The notes below the pieces were generated by a model. That model ran no database searches. It was not told the DNA's origin and saw nothing but the letters and a program-made list of their open reading frames with translations. The position numbers and the translations under genes were made by a program. This document shows positions 48,309 to 59,725 of a stretch of 64,000 nucleotides of DNA, in pieces. Source of the stretch: Chryseobacterium sp. (lineage in GTDB: Bacteria; Bacteroidota; Bacteroidia; Flavobacteriales; Weeksellaceae); assembly GCA_039594975.1 (NCBI GenBank), contig JBCNMJ010000001.1:20402-84401 (forward strand), given 5' to 3'. Numbering within the stretch: position 1 is the stretch's first letter; each line of letters begins with the position of its first letter.

Positions 48309-48563
48309 ACTTTATGTGAAGTTATTTTCCGGCGTATGTATGCTTTTAGAATTGAAAATAACAAACGTATTTACTTTTCCCTGCAATTTCATGGTCATAA
48401 AAACATTTTTATACATAACAAAACTATTTAAATATTCTATACAAAGTTGAATGAGAAGTACTAAAAATCTGATGTCATTTTTTATTAATTTCTCAAATTA
48501 TTTCTCAAATTTTTAAAAGAAAATTCTTAAACTTGAAGATTATTTAAAACAGACCATTAGCAT

Positions 48564-48911
48564 ATGAAAAAAACACTACTTTTTTGCCTTCTTGTGTTTT
48601 CAGTTTTCAGCTCCAATCTCCTATTCTCACAAACAAAAGAATTTAAGCCCGGTAAATATTGTACAAAAACTGAAAAATACTGTTTACACATTTTGGAGGG
48701 GAACAAGTTTAAAGAAACCTTCTCATTTGATATTTCGACATTTACTACAGGCAGCTACCAAATCAGTAATGATGTTCTAACCCTTTTATATGAAGGTACT
48801 GAAAAGGAAAACACACCTGACAGGTTATTTAAAATTGCAACCATCAAAGATGACAAGCTGGTTTTAAAAACTGAATATCCTGAGAGAAAGATTGCTCTTT
48901 ATAAAAAATAA
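48564..48911 (+). CDS. Small secreted hypothetical protein
   Basis: Signal peptide; beta-rich 115 aa. Confidence 0.65.
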   Translation: MKKTLLFCLLVFSVFSSNLLFSQTKEFKPGKYCTKTEKYCLHILEGNKFKETFSFDISTFTTGSYQISNDVLTLLYEGTEKENTPDRLFKIATIKDDKLVLKTEYPERKIALYKK

Positions 48912-49014
48912 GAAAAAAGCAGGTTTTCGGCTATCGGTATCATTAATTTGATTAAATTTACGTCTATTCTGAAAGGAGTATGGAAGGAAAATTTAACGTT
49001 AGTCCAGAATATCT

Positions 49015-50043
49015 ATGACAAAAAAAAATGCCACTATTTATGACATCTCAAAAAAGCTAAACATAAGTGTAGCAACCGTTTCAAGGGCATTGAACAATCA
49101 TCCGAGAATCAGCCAGGCAACGAAAGAGCTTGTAGTGAAAACCGCAAAGGAAATGAACTACAAGCAGAATAATCTTGCCAAGGCATTAAAAAGTGGGGAA
49201 ACCAAAAATGTAGGAATCATTGTTCCGTTTGTAAACACCAATTTTTTCTCATCAGTTATTCGTGGGATCGAAGAAGAACTTTCCACCTACGGCTATCATG
49301 TTATTATCTGTCAGAGCCATGAAGATGTCAATATTGAAAAAAGGCATTTGAATACCTTGCTCAATGCTCAGGTTGACGGAATTTTCATGTCTGTTTCCAG
49401 AACCACCGTGGATACAGAGCATATTCAGCATATTTTAAATACTTCCAACACTCCGATCATATTTTTTGACCGTAAGAAAGATATTCCCGGAATCAGTACG
49501 GTAACTATAGATGATTACAGAGGAGGTTATATGGCCACTGAACATCTGATTAAGGAAGGCTACAAAAACATCTGCCATTTTTCAGGGGATCTCAACCTGG
49601 AAATTTATCAAAACCGTTTAAATGGCTACAAACAGGCTTTACTTGATCATCATTTACCCGTAAACGAAGATAACATCATATCTACCGGAAGTTCTATTGA
49701 TGCCGGTATTGAAGCGATAAAGAAACTCTGGAGCAAAAAATCGGTTCCGGATGCTATTTTTTCTTCAAGTGACTTTGCCGCATTAGGCGCCTGTCAGGAA
49801 TTGAAAAAGCGTAAGATAAAAATCCCGGAAGAAGTAGCTGTTATCGGTTTTTCTAATGAACCTTTCACCCAGTTTATGGAGCTTCCGATAAGCTCTGTTG
49901 ACCAAACTCCCGTTACGATGGGACAAATGGCAGGACAAGTCTTTTTAGACCATATTAAAGACAATTCTTCTGGTGTTTCTATCGAGAAAAAAGTGGTTTT
50001 AAAACCGCAGATTTATATTAGAAAGTCTTCGAAAAGAAAATAA
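49015..50043 (+). CDS. LacI-family regulator of the uronate locus
   Basis: TIYDISKKLNISVATVSRAL; sugar-binding domain. Confidence 0.93.
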   Translation: MTKKNATIYDISKKLNISVATVSRALNNHPRISQATKELVVKTAKEMNYKQNNLAKALKSGETKNVGIIVPFVNTNFFSSVIRGIEEELSTYGYHVIICQSHEDVNIEKRHLNTLLNAQVDGIFMSVSRTTVDTEHIQHILNTSNTPIIFFDRKKDIPGISTVTIDDYRGGYMATEHLIKEGYKNICHFSGDLNLEIYQNRLNGYKQALLDHHLPVNEDNIISTGSSIDAGIEAIKKLWSKKSVPDAIFSSSDFAALGACQELKKRKIKIPEEVAVIGFSNEPFTQFMELPISSVDQTPVTMGQMAGQVFLDHIKDNSSGVSIEKKVVLKPQIYIRKSSKRK

Positions 50044-50284
50044 TGTTCCCTATACAGAAAAACAATTTATATTTATTGAAAAAGATGTACTAAAAAGATA
50101 TTCTTGATAAAGAAATATTTCGAATTTGTTTGCCCCTTAATTAGCTTGGAGCACACCATTATTTATATATTCTTTTAATTTTCTCTTTTTTGAATATTAT
50201 ATGTATATAATGAAATTATAATTTCTCTAAAGGATAATCCGTGACTGTATTATTTTAAGAAGTACACACTGACTTTATAAAATT

Positions 50285-50755
50285 CTATTTATAACTTTCT
50301 AATGAGTAATGCAATTCACTTTTCAAATCAATAATTATTTTTTTTAATTCATTAGTATTCATTCGGCATTCTACAAAGTCCTTTAATAAAGATTCATCTA
50401 TATAGCCAGATCTTCCTCCTATTCCAGGAACAGGTATTGTTCCATCATAGGTTATTCTAACAATATTAAAACCGGAATTAGCCTGGACCAAATCAAACGA
50501 CAATTGGCTATGAAGAACTAAAAGTTTTGGTTCAACTAATTTATTCAACAGTAAACTATCGAACCAATCTATCATTTTTTTCACATCAGAAATGAATATA
50601 CTTGTAATTACTTCTAGGTTTCCGATCTCTAACTTAAGACCAATATTATAATATGGTTCGCTTATAGTCCTAAAACCCGTCATAAGCTCCCATTCATCTT
50701 TATCAAAAAGTAATAATTGAAATTCGATTGCTTGGCTAATTCCATTAAATATCAT
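50285..50755 (-). CDS. AT-rich hypothetical protein, weak WapI-like resemblance
   Basis: 156 aa ORF; family call uncertain. Confidence 0.5.
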   Translation of the reverse strand: MIFNGISQAIEFQLLLFDKDEWELMTGFRTISEPYYNIGLKLEIGNLEVITSIFISDVKKMIDWFDSLLLNKLVEPKLLVLHSQLSFDLVQANSGFNIVRITYDGTIPVPGIGGRSGYIDESLLKDFVECRMNTNELKKIIIDLKSELHYSLESYK

Positions 50756-50806
50756 ATAAATTAATTTTTGTGAAAATTACAAATTTAAAGAGCTCATCAT
50801 CTAATC

Positions 50807-50845
50807 AAAAAGAAAATGCTCCCTACCGAAGCAGGAAGCATTTTC
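50807..50845 (-). terminator. Terminator after uxaA
   Basis: gaaaatgct...agcattttc with A tract. Confidence 0.6.
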
Positions 50846-50872
50846 AACCCTAATATTTAATATAATAATCCA

Positions 50873-52492
50873 CTACAGTGAGACACCTCGTCTCCATGGA
50901 ATGAAGTCATTCTGATTAAGTTGGTCGGCTTTGGTTTTTACCTCACCACTTGCTACTTTAATGATCAATTCAAGAAGTTCGTCTGCAGCTTCCGGAATTG
51001 TTTTTTCTCCGGTGATTACAGTACCTGCATTAAAATCTATAATATCCGGCATTCTTTCTGCCAAAACAGAATTGGAAGAAATTTTAACTACCGGAGAAAT
51101 CGGATTTCCCATCGGCGTTCCAAGACCGGTTGTAAAAAGTACAATGGTAGCACCTGATCCTGCTAAAGCTGTTGTACATTCGGCATCATTTCCTGGTGTA
51201 CACAAAAGATTAAGTCCAGGTTTTGTAGCATATTCTGTAAAATCAAGAACTTCCACAATCGGTGCAGCCCCACCTTTTTTAGCAGCTCCTGCAGATTTCA
51301 TCGCATCGGTAATTAAACCGTCTTTGATATTTCCGGGCGATGGATTCATATCAAAACCTGATCCTGCCGCTACAACAGATTTTTCAAAATCTTTCATTAG
51401 CTTAAGGAACTTTATTCCATCTTCATCATTAACACAACGGTTAACCAGCTCCTGTTCTACCCCGCAAAGCTCCGGAAATTCAGCAAGCATAGTTGTTCCT
51501 CCTACTGCAGACATAATATCGGAAACTTCACCTAAAACAGGATTTGCCGAAATTCCGGAAAAACCATCCGAACCTCCACATTCCAAACCTATATTCAGTT
51601 TAGTGATGGATGCAGGTTTTCTTTCTATTTCGTTAGCTTTCTTAATGCCCTCATAAGAATCTTTAATAACCCCGGTAAGCATTTCATCTATGGTACCTGA
51701 CTTTTGCTGCTCGTAAACAACAATCGGTTTTTTATTATTTGGAGCCAGCGCGTGAAGCGCATCCATAAAAATCTGCACCTGAAGATTCTGACAGCCTAAG
51801 CTGAGAACCGTAGCACCAGCAACATTCGGATTGTTCACATATCCTGCAAATAATCTTCCCAATGCTTCTGCATCCTGACGAATTCCGCCACAACCGCCTT
51901 GATGGGTAATAAATCTTACATCGATATTTTTAAATATTCTTGTATCCTGTTCTTCTTCTTCCACTGCAACATCAGCATCGGTTCCACCATTTAATAACGA
52001 CCTTAATAACAGTTGATGTTTGCTTGCTTTATCATGCAGTAATTCTTTTTCAAAAATATCTTTCAGGGTTTCAATATTCTTGTTTTCACAGAATACCAAA
52101 GGAAAAAACAGCCATACGTTTTCAGTACCCACTTGTCCGTCTTCACGGTGATACCCCATAAAAGTACGGTCTTTCCATTTCTCTACATTAGGAGCAGTCC
52201 AGCCTAAAGTAGCCGTTTTTCCTTCTACTTTTGCGCTTTGGTGCTTTACATTTTCGGTAGTGATTACTTCGCCTTTTTTGATAGGCTGATTCGCTTTTCC
52301 TACAATTACTCCATACATAATGATATGGTCACCATCTTTAAAATCTAAAGCAGCGAATTTATGTTTGGCTTTTATATCTTTGAGAATCGTGTAATCTGCA
52401 CCGTCAAGATGTACCGATTCTCCTGCATGCAAATCCTGCAATGCTACGATAACATTGTCTTTAGGATTTACTTTCAGTACTTTCTTTTGCAT
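50873..52492 (-). CDS. uxaA: Altronate dehydratase
   Basis: SAF N-terminus, HQGGCG, GLECGGSDGFSG. Confidence 0.93.
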   Translation of the reverse strand: MQKKVLKVNPKDNVIVALQDLHAGESVHLDGADYTILKDIKAKHKFAALDFKDGDHIIMYGVIVGKANQPIKKGEVITTENVKHQSAKVEGKTATLGWTAPNVEKWKDRTFMGYHREDGQVGTENVWLFFPLVFCENKNIETLKDIFEKELLHDKASKHQLLLRSLLNGGTDADVAVEEEEQDTRIFKNIDVRFITHQGGCGGIRQDAEALGRLFAGYVNNPNVAGATVLSLGCQNLQVQIFMDALHALAPNNKKPIVVYEQQKSGTIDEMLTGVIKDSYEGIKKANEIERKPASITKLNIGLECGGSDGFSGISANPVLGEVSDIMSAVGGTTMLAEFPELCGVEQELVNRCVNDEDGIKFLKLMKDFEKSVVAAGSGFDMNPSPGNIKDGLITDAMKSAGAAKKGGAAPIVEVLDFTEYATKPGLNLLCTPGNDAECTTALAGSGATIVLFTTGLGTPMGNPISPVVKISSNSVLAERMPDIIDFNAGTVITGEKTIPEAADELLELIIKVASGEVKTKADQLNQNDFIPWRRGVSL

Positions 52493-52498
52493 GATTTC

Positions 52499-53962
52499 CT
52501 AAGAATAAAATTGTATAAAGTTGTTATATGCAGTTTCCACGCCATTACGGTCTATTTCACATAAAGCTTTTACTACTGCGTCTTTCAGACCTTCAACCTG
52601 AGTGAGGTCTGTTTCCCAAAAAGCTGTTTCGCTTAATGACAATTCCACCACCTTTTCGTAATCTTCGTTCGCCCAGATCTCTTTGAATTTGGCAACAATG
52701 GTTTCTTCATCATTAATCGGTAAAGATCTCTCACCAAAACTTCCCTGATAAAACCTGATTAAACTCGCCAAAGAGAACGTCAGATTCAGCGGTAATTTTT
52801 TATTAATTTCAACATATCCCAACAAGCTTGGAAGAACTCTCACTTTAAATTTTGAAACAAAATACAAAGCGATGCTTGCCTGATAATGTTTAATAAAAGG
52901 ATTTCTGAATCTGTCAAAAACTTCTTCCGCAAACTCTTTCAATTCGTTTATATCTAACCCTAAAGTTGGATTGACTTCATTGAAAATGGTTTCACTTAAA
53001 AATTTACCGATAAAAGCATCATCGATGGATTCTTTTACCGTTTCTTTACCTGATAAAACTGCCGGAGCCAACATCAAGGTGTGGCCTCCATTCAGAATTC
53101 TTACTTTCCTCAAACGATACGGCTGAATATCATCAACCACTAAAATCTGTTCGTTAATCTGATCAAAAGGAATTCTTGCCTTTAAATTACCGGCATCCTG
53201 AATCACCCAAAGCAGGAATGTTTCAGAAACAACCATCATTTGGTCTTCATAATCAAGCTGATTTTCATAAGATTCAACATCATCTTTCGGATAACCCGGT
53301 ACAATTCTATCAACCAGCGTATTATGGAAATAGTTATTTTGTGTAATCCATTGCACAAAACTATCTTCCAAATCCCAAAGCTGTGCATATTTAATAATGA
53401 TATCTCTTAGAACAAATGCATTCTCTTCAATAAGTTCACAAGGAATAATTCTTAAGCCTTTGTCAGCAGCTCCATTGAATTGCTTAAATCTTTCGTACAA
53501 TAAAACCGTCAGTTTCGCAGGGAAATTCTTGTGTGGTCCCTGATAATTATTTTCAATTTCATCATAGGCAATTCCTGTTTCTGTTGTATTGGAAAAGATA
53601 AATTCTAATTCTTCTTCTTTTGCCAGCGTTAAGAACTCATCATAGTTCGTATAAGGATTAATCGATTTCTGTATAGCAGAAATCACTTGCTTTTCATCGA
53701 CGATCTCTCCTTTTTTAATTCCTCTTGTGAAGAGGGTATATAAATTATCCTGCTCTTCCAGTTTGTGAACCGAACCTCCTTGTGTAGGCTGTACATTGAC
53801 AATTCCCGCATTGAATCCTACTTCTTTGTTTAATTTATCAATCACATAATCTGTGAATCCTCTCATAAAATTTCCACCACCAAACTGTACAATTTTGATT
53901 GTGAGTTTTTTTTGAGAACCGTTTAATTCACGATTTAATTTTTGCTTTATCTGATTTTCCAT
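52499..53962 (-). CDS. uxaB: Tagaturonate reductase
   Basis: VQFGGGNFMRG, SNTTETGI, TLVDRIVPG, KVRILNGGH; start MENQ. Confidence 0.93.
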   Translation of the reverse strand: MENQIKQKLNRELNGSQKKLTIKIVQFGGGNFMRGFTDYVIDKLNKEVGFNAGIVNVQPTQGGSVHKLEEQDNLYTLFTRGIKKGEIVDEKQVISAIQKSINPYTNYDEFLTLAKEEELEFIFSNTTETGIAYDEIENNYQGPHKNFPAKLTVLLYERFKQFNGAADKGLRIIPCELIEENAFVLRDIIIKYAQLWDLEDSFVQWITQNNYFHNTLVDRIVPGYPKDDVESYENQLDYEDQMMVVSETFLLWVIQDAGNLKARIPFDQINEQILVVDDIQPYRLRKVRILNGGHTLMLAPAVLSGKETVKESIDDAFIGKFLSETIFNEVNPTLGLDINELKEFAEEVFDRFRNPFIKHYQASIALYFVSKFKVRVLPSLLGYVEINKKLPLNLTFSLASLIRFYQGSFGERSLPINDEETIVAKFKEIWANEDYEKVVELSLSETAFWETDLTQVEGLKDAVVKALCEIDRNGVETAYNNFIQFYS

Positions 53963-54234
53963 CTTTTCTAATATTGTTGCGTTGTTTTTTAAACGCAAAG
54001 AACGCTAAGATTTTCTTTTTAAAACCTGATGTATATTTTTAAGTTCGCAAAGGCATTTCCACTTAAATAAGATCACAAGTTTTAATTCAATTTTACTTTC
54101 TATATTAATCTAAACAGATTTTTATGAAGGAATTAAGATGATTAAGGAAAATAAATTCCCTAAGCTTATGCCTTTAATTTGCTTGCAAATTCTTAATAGT
54201 TCTTAAATCCTCAAATGTTCTTAATGATTTAAAA

Positions 54235-55767
54235 TTATTTAATTACTTTATATTTTGGAACCAATGTTTTCATTACGCTCCATGCAATAAGGTATGCTAC
54301 GGCACAGATTGAGAAAATAATCATATACCCTTTATCAATTCCATCTACAACTACTGTTCCGGATTTTTCCAATTGCTCGAAAAATCCATCAGGTAATCTT
54401 TCGTTAATATATTGCGGATATTTTTCCAGTAAAGGTATTCCATCTACCGTTGACCAAGCCTTGTGAGCGTGATCGAATAGCACACCTGAAGATTTATTGA
54501 TAATAAATGAGCCAATTCCACCTGCCATACCTCCGATTCCTGTAATGGTTGCAATCGCTTTTTTCGGGAACATATCGCCAACTGTCGAGAAAATGTTTGC
54601 CGACCAGGCCTGATGCGCGGCACCTGCGATACCGATAATTAAAACCGGAATCCAGTACGTTGTTGAACCTAAAGGCTGTGCCAATAAAGCCAATAACGGG
54701 AAAAACGCGAAGATTAACATCGCTTTCATTCTTCCTGAATAGGCATTCATTCCCTTCTTTTCCACAAAATATTTTGGAAGCCATCCTCCGATGATTGACA
54801 ATAAGGTGATCATGTAAAGAACGAATAGCGGGAATGCACTTTGTGTGGAATCCATTTTATAAACCGAACTTAAATAGGCAGGAGTCCAGAACAAAAAGAA
54901 CCACCAAACTCCATCTGTCATGAATTTACCGAAGGCAAATGCCCAAGTCTGTCTGTGACTGAAGCATTCTTTGAAAGAGAATTTTCTTTCTTCAGCCGAT
55001 ACAGCATTTTCTTCAACTGAAACTTCTTCATGATCCTGCTGAATGTAGGTTAATTCATGTTCGTTAACTTTATGGTGCTCGTGAGGTTTTTTATAATAAA
55101 ATACCCAAAGTCCCATCCAAATAAATCCCAGTGCTCCGATAATGATAAAGGCCCATTCCCATCCCATTGATTTTGCAATGAAAGGAATTGTAATCGGTGC
55201 AGCCAACGCTCCGACTGTTGCTCCTGCGTTCCAGATACTCGTAGATAATGCCCTATCTTTTTTGGGAAAATATTCTGCCGTAGTTTTAATCGCTGCCGGG
55301 AAATTTCCAGCTTCGCCAATGGCCAATACAAAACGTGCGAAAATAAATAATGATACACTTGTACTGATGATGGCAGACGTATCGGAAACTGTTGCGATTA
55401 ATTCTTTAGATCCGTGGAAACCCGCAAACCAATTCCCCGTAAGAAATCCTGAGGTTGCAATTCCGCAGAAAGCGTGTAAAACAGCGCCAATAGACCAGAT
55501 CCCGATCGCCCAAAGGAAACCTTTCTTAGTGTCCATCCAGTCCACAAATTTTCCTGCGAAAAGCATTCCTATCGCATAAAAAATCGAGAATAAAGCGGTA
55601 ATATTTCCGTAGTCGTTGTTATTCCAATGAAATTCCGGAGCGATAAAATCTTTCCATGTTAACGATAAAACCTGGCGATCCAGATAATTAATCGTTGTTG
55701 CAATGAACAGCAATACGCAAATTGTCCATCTGAAGTTCGTTGGCTTAGTAGATTTAACTGAACTCAT
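54235..55767 (-). CDS. exuT: Hexuronate MFS transporter
   Basis: RWTICVLLFIATTINYLDRQ, GEAGNFPAA. Confidence 0.88.
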   Translation of the reverse strand: MSSVKSTKPTNFRWTICVLLFIATTINYLDRQVLSLTWKDFIAPEFHWNNNDYGNITALFSIFYAIGMLFAGKFVDWMDTKKGFLWAIGIWSIGAVLHAFCGIATSGFLTGNWFAGFHGSKELIATVSDTSAIISTSVSLFIFARFVLAIGEAGNFPAAIKTTAEYFPKKDRALSTSIWNAGATVGALAAPITIPFIAKSMGWEWAFIIIGALGFIWMGLWVFYYKKPHEHHKVNEHELTYIQQDHEEVSVEENAVSAEERKFSFKECFSHRQTWAFAFGKFMTDGVWWFFLFWTPAYLSSVYKMDSTQSAFPLFVLYMITLLSIIGGWLPKYFVEKKGMNAYSGRMKAMLIFAFFPLLALLAQPLGSTTYWIPVLIIGIAGAAHQAWSANIFSTVGDMFPKKAIATITGIGGMAGGIGSFIINKSSGVLFDHAHKAWSTVDGIPLLEKYPQYINERLPDGFFEQLEKSGTVVVDGIDKGYMIIFSICAVAYLIAWSVMKTLVPKYKVIK

Positions 55768-55789
55768 ATTAATCTTTTGAATTGAGTTG

Positions 55790-56449
55790 TTATTTTAAAG
55801 TCTGAATAATTTCCAGCACTTTTTTAGTTTCATTTTCAATAGTCACATAATCTTTAGAAAGCATCAGCTCTTTGCTTACCAGCTTACTTCCCATTCCTAC
55901 AGCAGAAACACCTGCCTTGAACCAGCTTTCAATACTTTCTTTTGTAGTATCTACTCCGCCAGTCGGCATAAATTTCAGATTGGGAAAAACATCTTTGATT
56001 GCACTCATGAATCCTGTTCCTAAAGCATTTCCAGGGAATAATTTAACGAAAGTTACTCCTGAGTTTTCTGCTTCGATAATCTCAGTCGGAGTCATACAGC
56101 CCGGACTGTACAATAGATCTTTAGGAATCAGGAATTCTGCCACTTCCGCAACAAAACCCGGACTAATGAAAAAATCTGCCCCTGACTTATAATATTCTTC
56201 AGCCTGTGCTACATTTTTAATGGTTCCGATCCCAAGCAACATATCCGGCATTTCCGCATTACGGACTTCTACCATTTTGGTGAAATTATTCAATGCAGCT
56301 TCACCACGACTCGTATATTCTACAGCACGGATTCCGGCTTTGTAAAGAACCTTCAGTATTTCTAAAGTTACCGTCTCATCAGCATTATAATAAAGAGGCA
56401 GAACCCCCTGATTAATAATAGCATCTGTAACTAATTGAATCTTTGTCAT
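55790..56449 (-). CDS. eda: KDPG aldolase
   Basis: GIGTI, FISPG, PGCMTPTE, KLFPG, MPTGGV. Confidence 0.9.
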   Translation of the reverse strand: MTKIQLVTDAIINQGVLPLYYNADETVTLEILKVLYKAGIRAVEYTSRGEAALNNFTKMVEVRNAEMPDMLLGIGTIKNVAQAEEYYKSGADFFISPGFVAEVAEFLIPKDLLYSPGCMTPTEIIEAENSGVTFVKLFPGNALGTGFMSAIKDVFPNLKFMPTGGVDTTKESIESWFKAGVSAVGMGSKLVSKELMLSKDYVTIENETKKVLEIIQTLK

Positions 56450-56503
56450 TGTATCAATTTTTGAGCGTTGTATACATAAAAAAACATGACAACGCTTTTT
56501 TCT

Positions 56504-57508
56504 TTATCTTTTTATTCTCCCTCCCGAATTTCCCTGCATTACTTCCAGAATATCTTCTGCACTGCAGTAATTGATATCCCCTAAAATGGTATGTTTTATT
56601 GCACAGGCCGCGTTGGCAAAATTCAATGCCTTTTCGTCATCGAAATTGATTAAACCATAGATTAATCCTGCTGCAAAAGCATCCCCTGTCCCGATTCTGT
56701 CAACTACAGGATTTACTTCTAAAAGTTCAGTTTCAAAATAAGTATCATTGCTAAAAGCTCTCCCTTGCGTTTGCTGGGAGCTTGCCGTAACTCCGATTCT
56801 TATTTTATCGAAAATTTTATGAATGGAAGGACATTGTTGTTTTAATTCTTGGCAAGCTTTCAAGAAGCCTTCTTTATCTGATGAAAACTGAGTTCCTAAA
56901 ATCTCATTAATTTCATTTACTCCTCCGATGAAAATAGTGGAATAAGAAACCAGTTCTTTTAAAACTTCGTTTCCATTTTTACCATATTTCCAAAGATTGG
57001 AACGGTAAGCAGGATCGGTTGTCACTTCAATTCCTAATTCACGAGCCGTTTGCAAACCTTCTTTTAAGGTTTCATAAACCGTTCTGGAAATTCCGGGACT
57101 AATGCCTGTCCAATGGAAATACGTACAGCCTTCAAGAGCTTTTTTCCAGTCAATATTTTCAGACTGAATATTCGAAAAAGAACCATTCAATCTGTTATAA
57201 GCAATCCTGCTTGCACGAACTGATGAGCCCACCTCCAAAAAGTATAATCCTAAAGGATGTTCGTTTTTGCCGATGAAAGAAGTATCAATCCCAAAACTTT
57301 TGATGAAAGACACTGCTGATTCGCCCACAAAATCATCAGAAACACTGCTGATATGTCGTACATCACAGCCCATTATTGCCAATGAAGACGCTACATTAAG
57401 CTCTGTTCCTCCGAAAAAGAATTCCATCTCATGGCTTTGCTTCATCGTTCTGTTTCCGGGTGGCGAAAGTCGCATGATAACTTCTCCAAATGTGACTATT
57501 TTGCTCAT
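56504..57508 (-). CDS. kdgK: 2-keto-3-deoxygluconate kinase
   Basis: FGEVIMRL, GGTELNVA, DRIGTGDAF (PfkB). Confidence 0.9.
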   Translation of the reverse strand: MSKIVTFGEVIMRLSPPGNRTMKQSHEMEFFFGGTELNVASSLAIMGCDVRHISSVSDDFVGESAVSFIKSFGIDTSFIGKNEHPLGLYFLEVGSSVRASRIAYNRLNGSFSNIQSENIDWKKALEGCTYFHWTGISPGISRTVYETLKEGLQTARELGIEVTTDPAYRSNLWKYGKNGNEVLKELVSYSTIFIGGVNEINEILGTQFSSDKEGFLKACQELKQQCPSIHKIFDKIRIGVTASSQQTQGRAFSNDTYFETELLEVNPVVDRIGTGDAFAAGLIYGLINFDDEKALNFANAACAIKHTILGDINYCSAEDILEVMQGNSGGRIKR

Positions 57509-57518
57509 ATTTTTTTAC

Positions 57519-58916
57519 TTAAAAATCAAAATAATTTTTGGCATTGTAATAACAAATATCAGAAATTATTTTTCCAACATGTTCAATATCATCCGGTAAT
57601 TCTCCATTTTTCATTTCTTCCCCGAAAAGATTACACAATACTCTTCTGAAATATTCATGTCTTGGGAAAGAAAGGAAACTTCTGGAGTCTGTGAGCATTC
57701 CGACGAAACAGCTGATTAATCCCATATTTGAAAGGGCATTCATCTGCTTAATCATCCCGTCTTTCTGATCGAGGAACCACCATCCTGAACCGAACTGTAC
57801 TTTTCCTTTGATACTTCCGTCATTGAAATTCCCGATCATCGTCGCAAAAATCTCGTTGTCGGCAGGATTTAAGTTATATAAAATAGTTTTCGTTAATTTA
57901 TCTTTTCCGTCTAACGTATTCAGCAATTTAGACAATGTTTCAGCCTGAACGAAGTCACCGATAGAATCCCATCCTGTATCGGGACCAAGAATCCTGTGCA
58001 TTCTTTCGTTATTATTCCTCAAAGCTCCCAAGTGGAATTGCTGAACCCAGCCATATGTATGGTAAGCTTCACCCAGAAATAATAAAATGGCTGTTTTGAA
58101 TTGGTTAACCTGTTTTTCAGCAATAACTTTTCCATCCAACTTATCCGTGAAAATTGCATTTACTTCTGCTTCTGAAGCTTCTTCGAAAGAAATATTATTC
58201 AATCCGTGATCACACAGTCTGCATCCGTTTTCGTGGAAGTATTCAATTCTTTTAAGTAAAGCATCACACAGGGTCTGGTAAGAATTGATTTCAATTCCTG
58301 CAGATTCGCCCAATTTTGCTATATAATCTGCAAAGTTGTGGTTTTCAATTAAAATCGCTTTATCAGGGCGGAAAGCCGTACTTACTTTAATAGAGAAGTC
58401 ACTTTTCGCCAAATCCTGATGGTAGTTCAAAATATCTGTAGGATCTTCCGTTGTGCACAGAGATTCTACGTTCATCATTTTTAATAAGCCTCTTGTTGAT
58501 TTTTCAGAAGTCTGAAGCTGAGATGAAATGTTATCGTAAATTTCTGATGCATTGTCTCCATTCAGCAATTCATCGATTCCGAAATATCTTTTCAATTCCA
58601 AATGTGTCCAGTGATATAAGGGGTTTCTTAAGGTATACGGAACTGTTTTTGCCCATGCTTCAAATTTTTCTTTGTCTGAAGCATCTCCTGTGATGAATTT
58701 TTCGTTCACGCCCATCGTACGCATTGCTCTCCATTTGTAATGATCTCCGGCAATCCAAACCTTTGAAATATTTTCAAAAACAGTGTCTTCAGCAATATCT
58801 TTAGGAATCAAGTGATTGTGATAATCAATAATCGGTTGTTTTTCTGCGTATTTGAAGTATAATTCTTCAGCGTATTTATTTTGTAATAAAAAATTATCGG
58901 TAATAAAAGGTTTCAT
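57519..58916 (-). CDS. uxaC: Uronate isomerase
   Basis: IIDYHNH, GDHYKWRAMR, GSGWWFLDQ, TDSRSFLS. Confidence 0.96.
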   Translation of the reverse strand: MKPFITDNFLLQNKYAEELYFKYAEKQPIIDYHNHLIPKDIAEDTVFENISKVWIAGDHYKWRAMRTMGVNEKFITGDASDKEKFEAWAKTVPYTLRNPLYHWTHLELKRYFGIDELLNGDNASEIYDNISSQLQTSEKSTRGLLKMMNVESLCTTEDPTDILNYHQDLAKSDFSIKVSTAFRPDKAILIENHNFADYIAKLGESAGIEINSYQTLCDALLKRIEYFHENGCRLCDHGLNNISFEEASEAEVNAIFTDKLDGKVIAEKQVNQFKTAILLFLGEAYHTYGWVQQFHLGALRNNNERMHRILGPDTGWDSIGDFVQAETLSKLLNTLDGKDKLTKTILYNLNPADNEIFATMIGNFNDGSIKGKVQFGSGWWFLDQKDGMIKQMNALSNMGLISCFVGMLTDSRSFLSFPRHEYFRRVLCNLFGEEMKNGELPDDIEHVGKIISDICYYNAKNYFDF

Positions 58917-58934
58917 TCTAGTCTAATTCTGTTG

Positions 58935-59717
58935 TTATTCATTAGCAGGTTTTCCGATGGTCGCCAAAATTCCTCCATCAACGTAAATAATCTGTCCGTT
59001 GATGAATTTACTTGCATCTGAAGCTAAAAAAATAGCTGTTCCTGCAAGATCTTCCGGATTTCCCCATCTTCCTTCCGGAGTTCTGCTGATGATAAAATCG
59101 TTAAAAGGATTTCCATCCACTCGAATAGGTTCTGTCTGAGAAGTAGCAAAATATCCGGGACCAATTCCGTTCACCTGAATATTGTGTTTTGCCCACTCTG
59201 TCGCCAGGTTTTTGGTAAGCATTTTCAAGCCGCCTTTTGCAGAAGCATATGCCACTACATTATCACGACCCAGCTCACTCATCATCGAGCAGATGTTAAT
59301 GATCTTTCCTGATTTTCTTTTAATCATATATTTTCCAACTAATTTGGACATGATAAAAGGTCCGGTAAGATCTACATCGATTACTTTTCTAAAGTCTTCG
59401 ACTTCCATATCAATGGCCGGAATACGTTTAATGATTCCTGCATTGTTGACAAGTATGTCTATTTTTCCATGGGTAGCTTCCATTAAAGCTACTTTCTGAG
59501 CGGCTTCAAGTTCATCCGTTACATCAAAAATATACCCGGTTGCTTTATATCCTTTGGAATGATAATAGTGTAAAGCTTCCTCTAATTTTGACGGTGTAGT
59601 ACTTGTGATCGCCAATTCAGCACCTGCAGCGGCAAGACCTTCTGCCATTGCCATTCCTAATCCGTGAGTGCCGCCTGTAACGACAGCTACTTTGCCGGAT
59701 AAATCAAATAAATTCAT
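58935..59717 (-). CDS. kduD: Gluconate 5-dehydrogenase / KduD SDR
   Basis: TGGTHGLG, NNAG, YASAK, GPGYFAT. Confidence 0.85.
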   Translation of the reverse strand: MNLFDLSGKVAVVTGGTHGLGMAMAEGLAAAGAELAITSTTPSKLEEALHYYHSKGYKATGYIFDVTDELEAAQKVALMEATHGKIDILVNNAGIIKRIPAIDMEVEDFRKVIDVDLTGPFIMSKLVGKYMIKRKSGKIINICSMMSELGRDNVVAYASAKGGLKMLTKNLATEWAKHNIQVNGIGPGYFATSQTEPIRVDGNPFNDFIISRTPEGRWGNPEDLAGTAIFLASDASKFINGQIIYVDGGILATIGKPANE

Positions 59718-59725
59718 TAGAAAAA

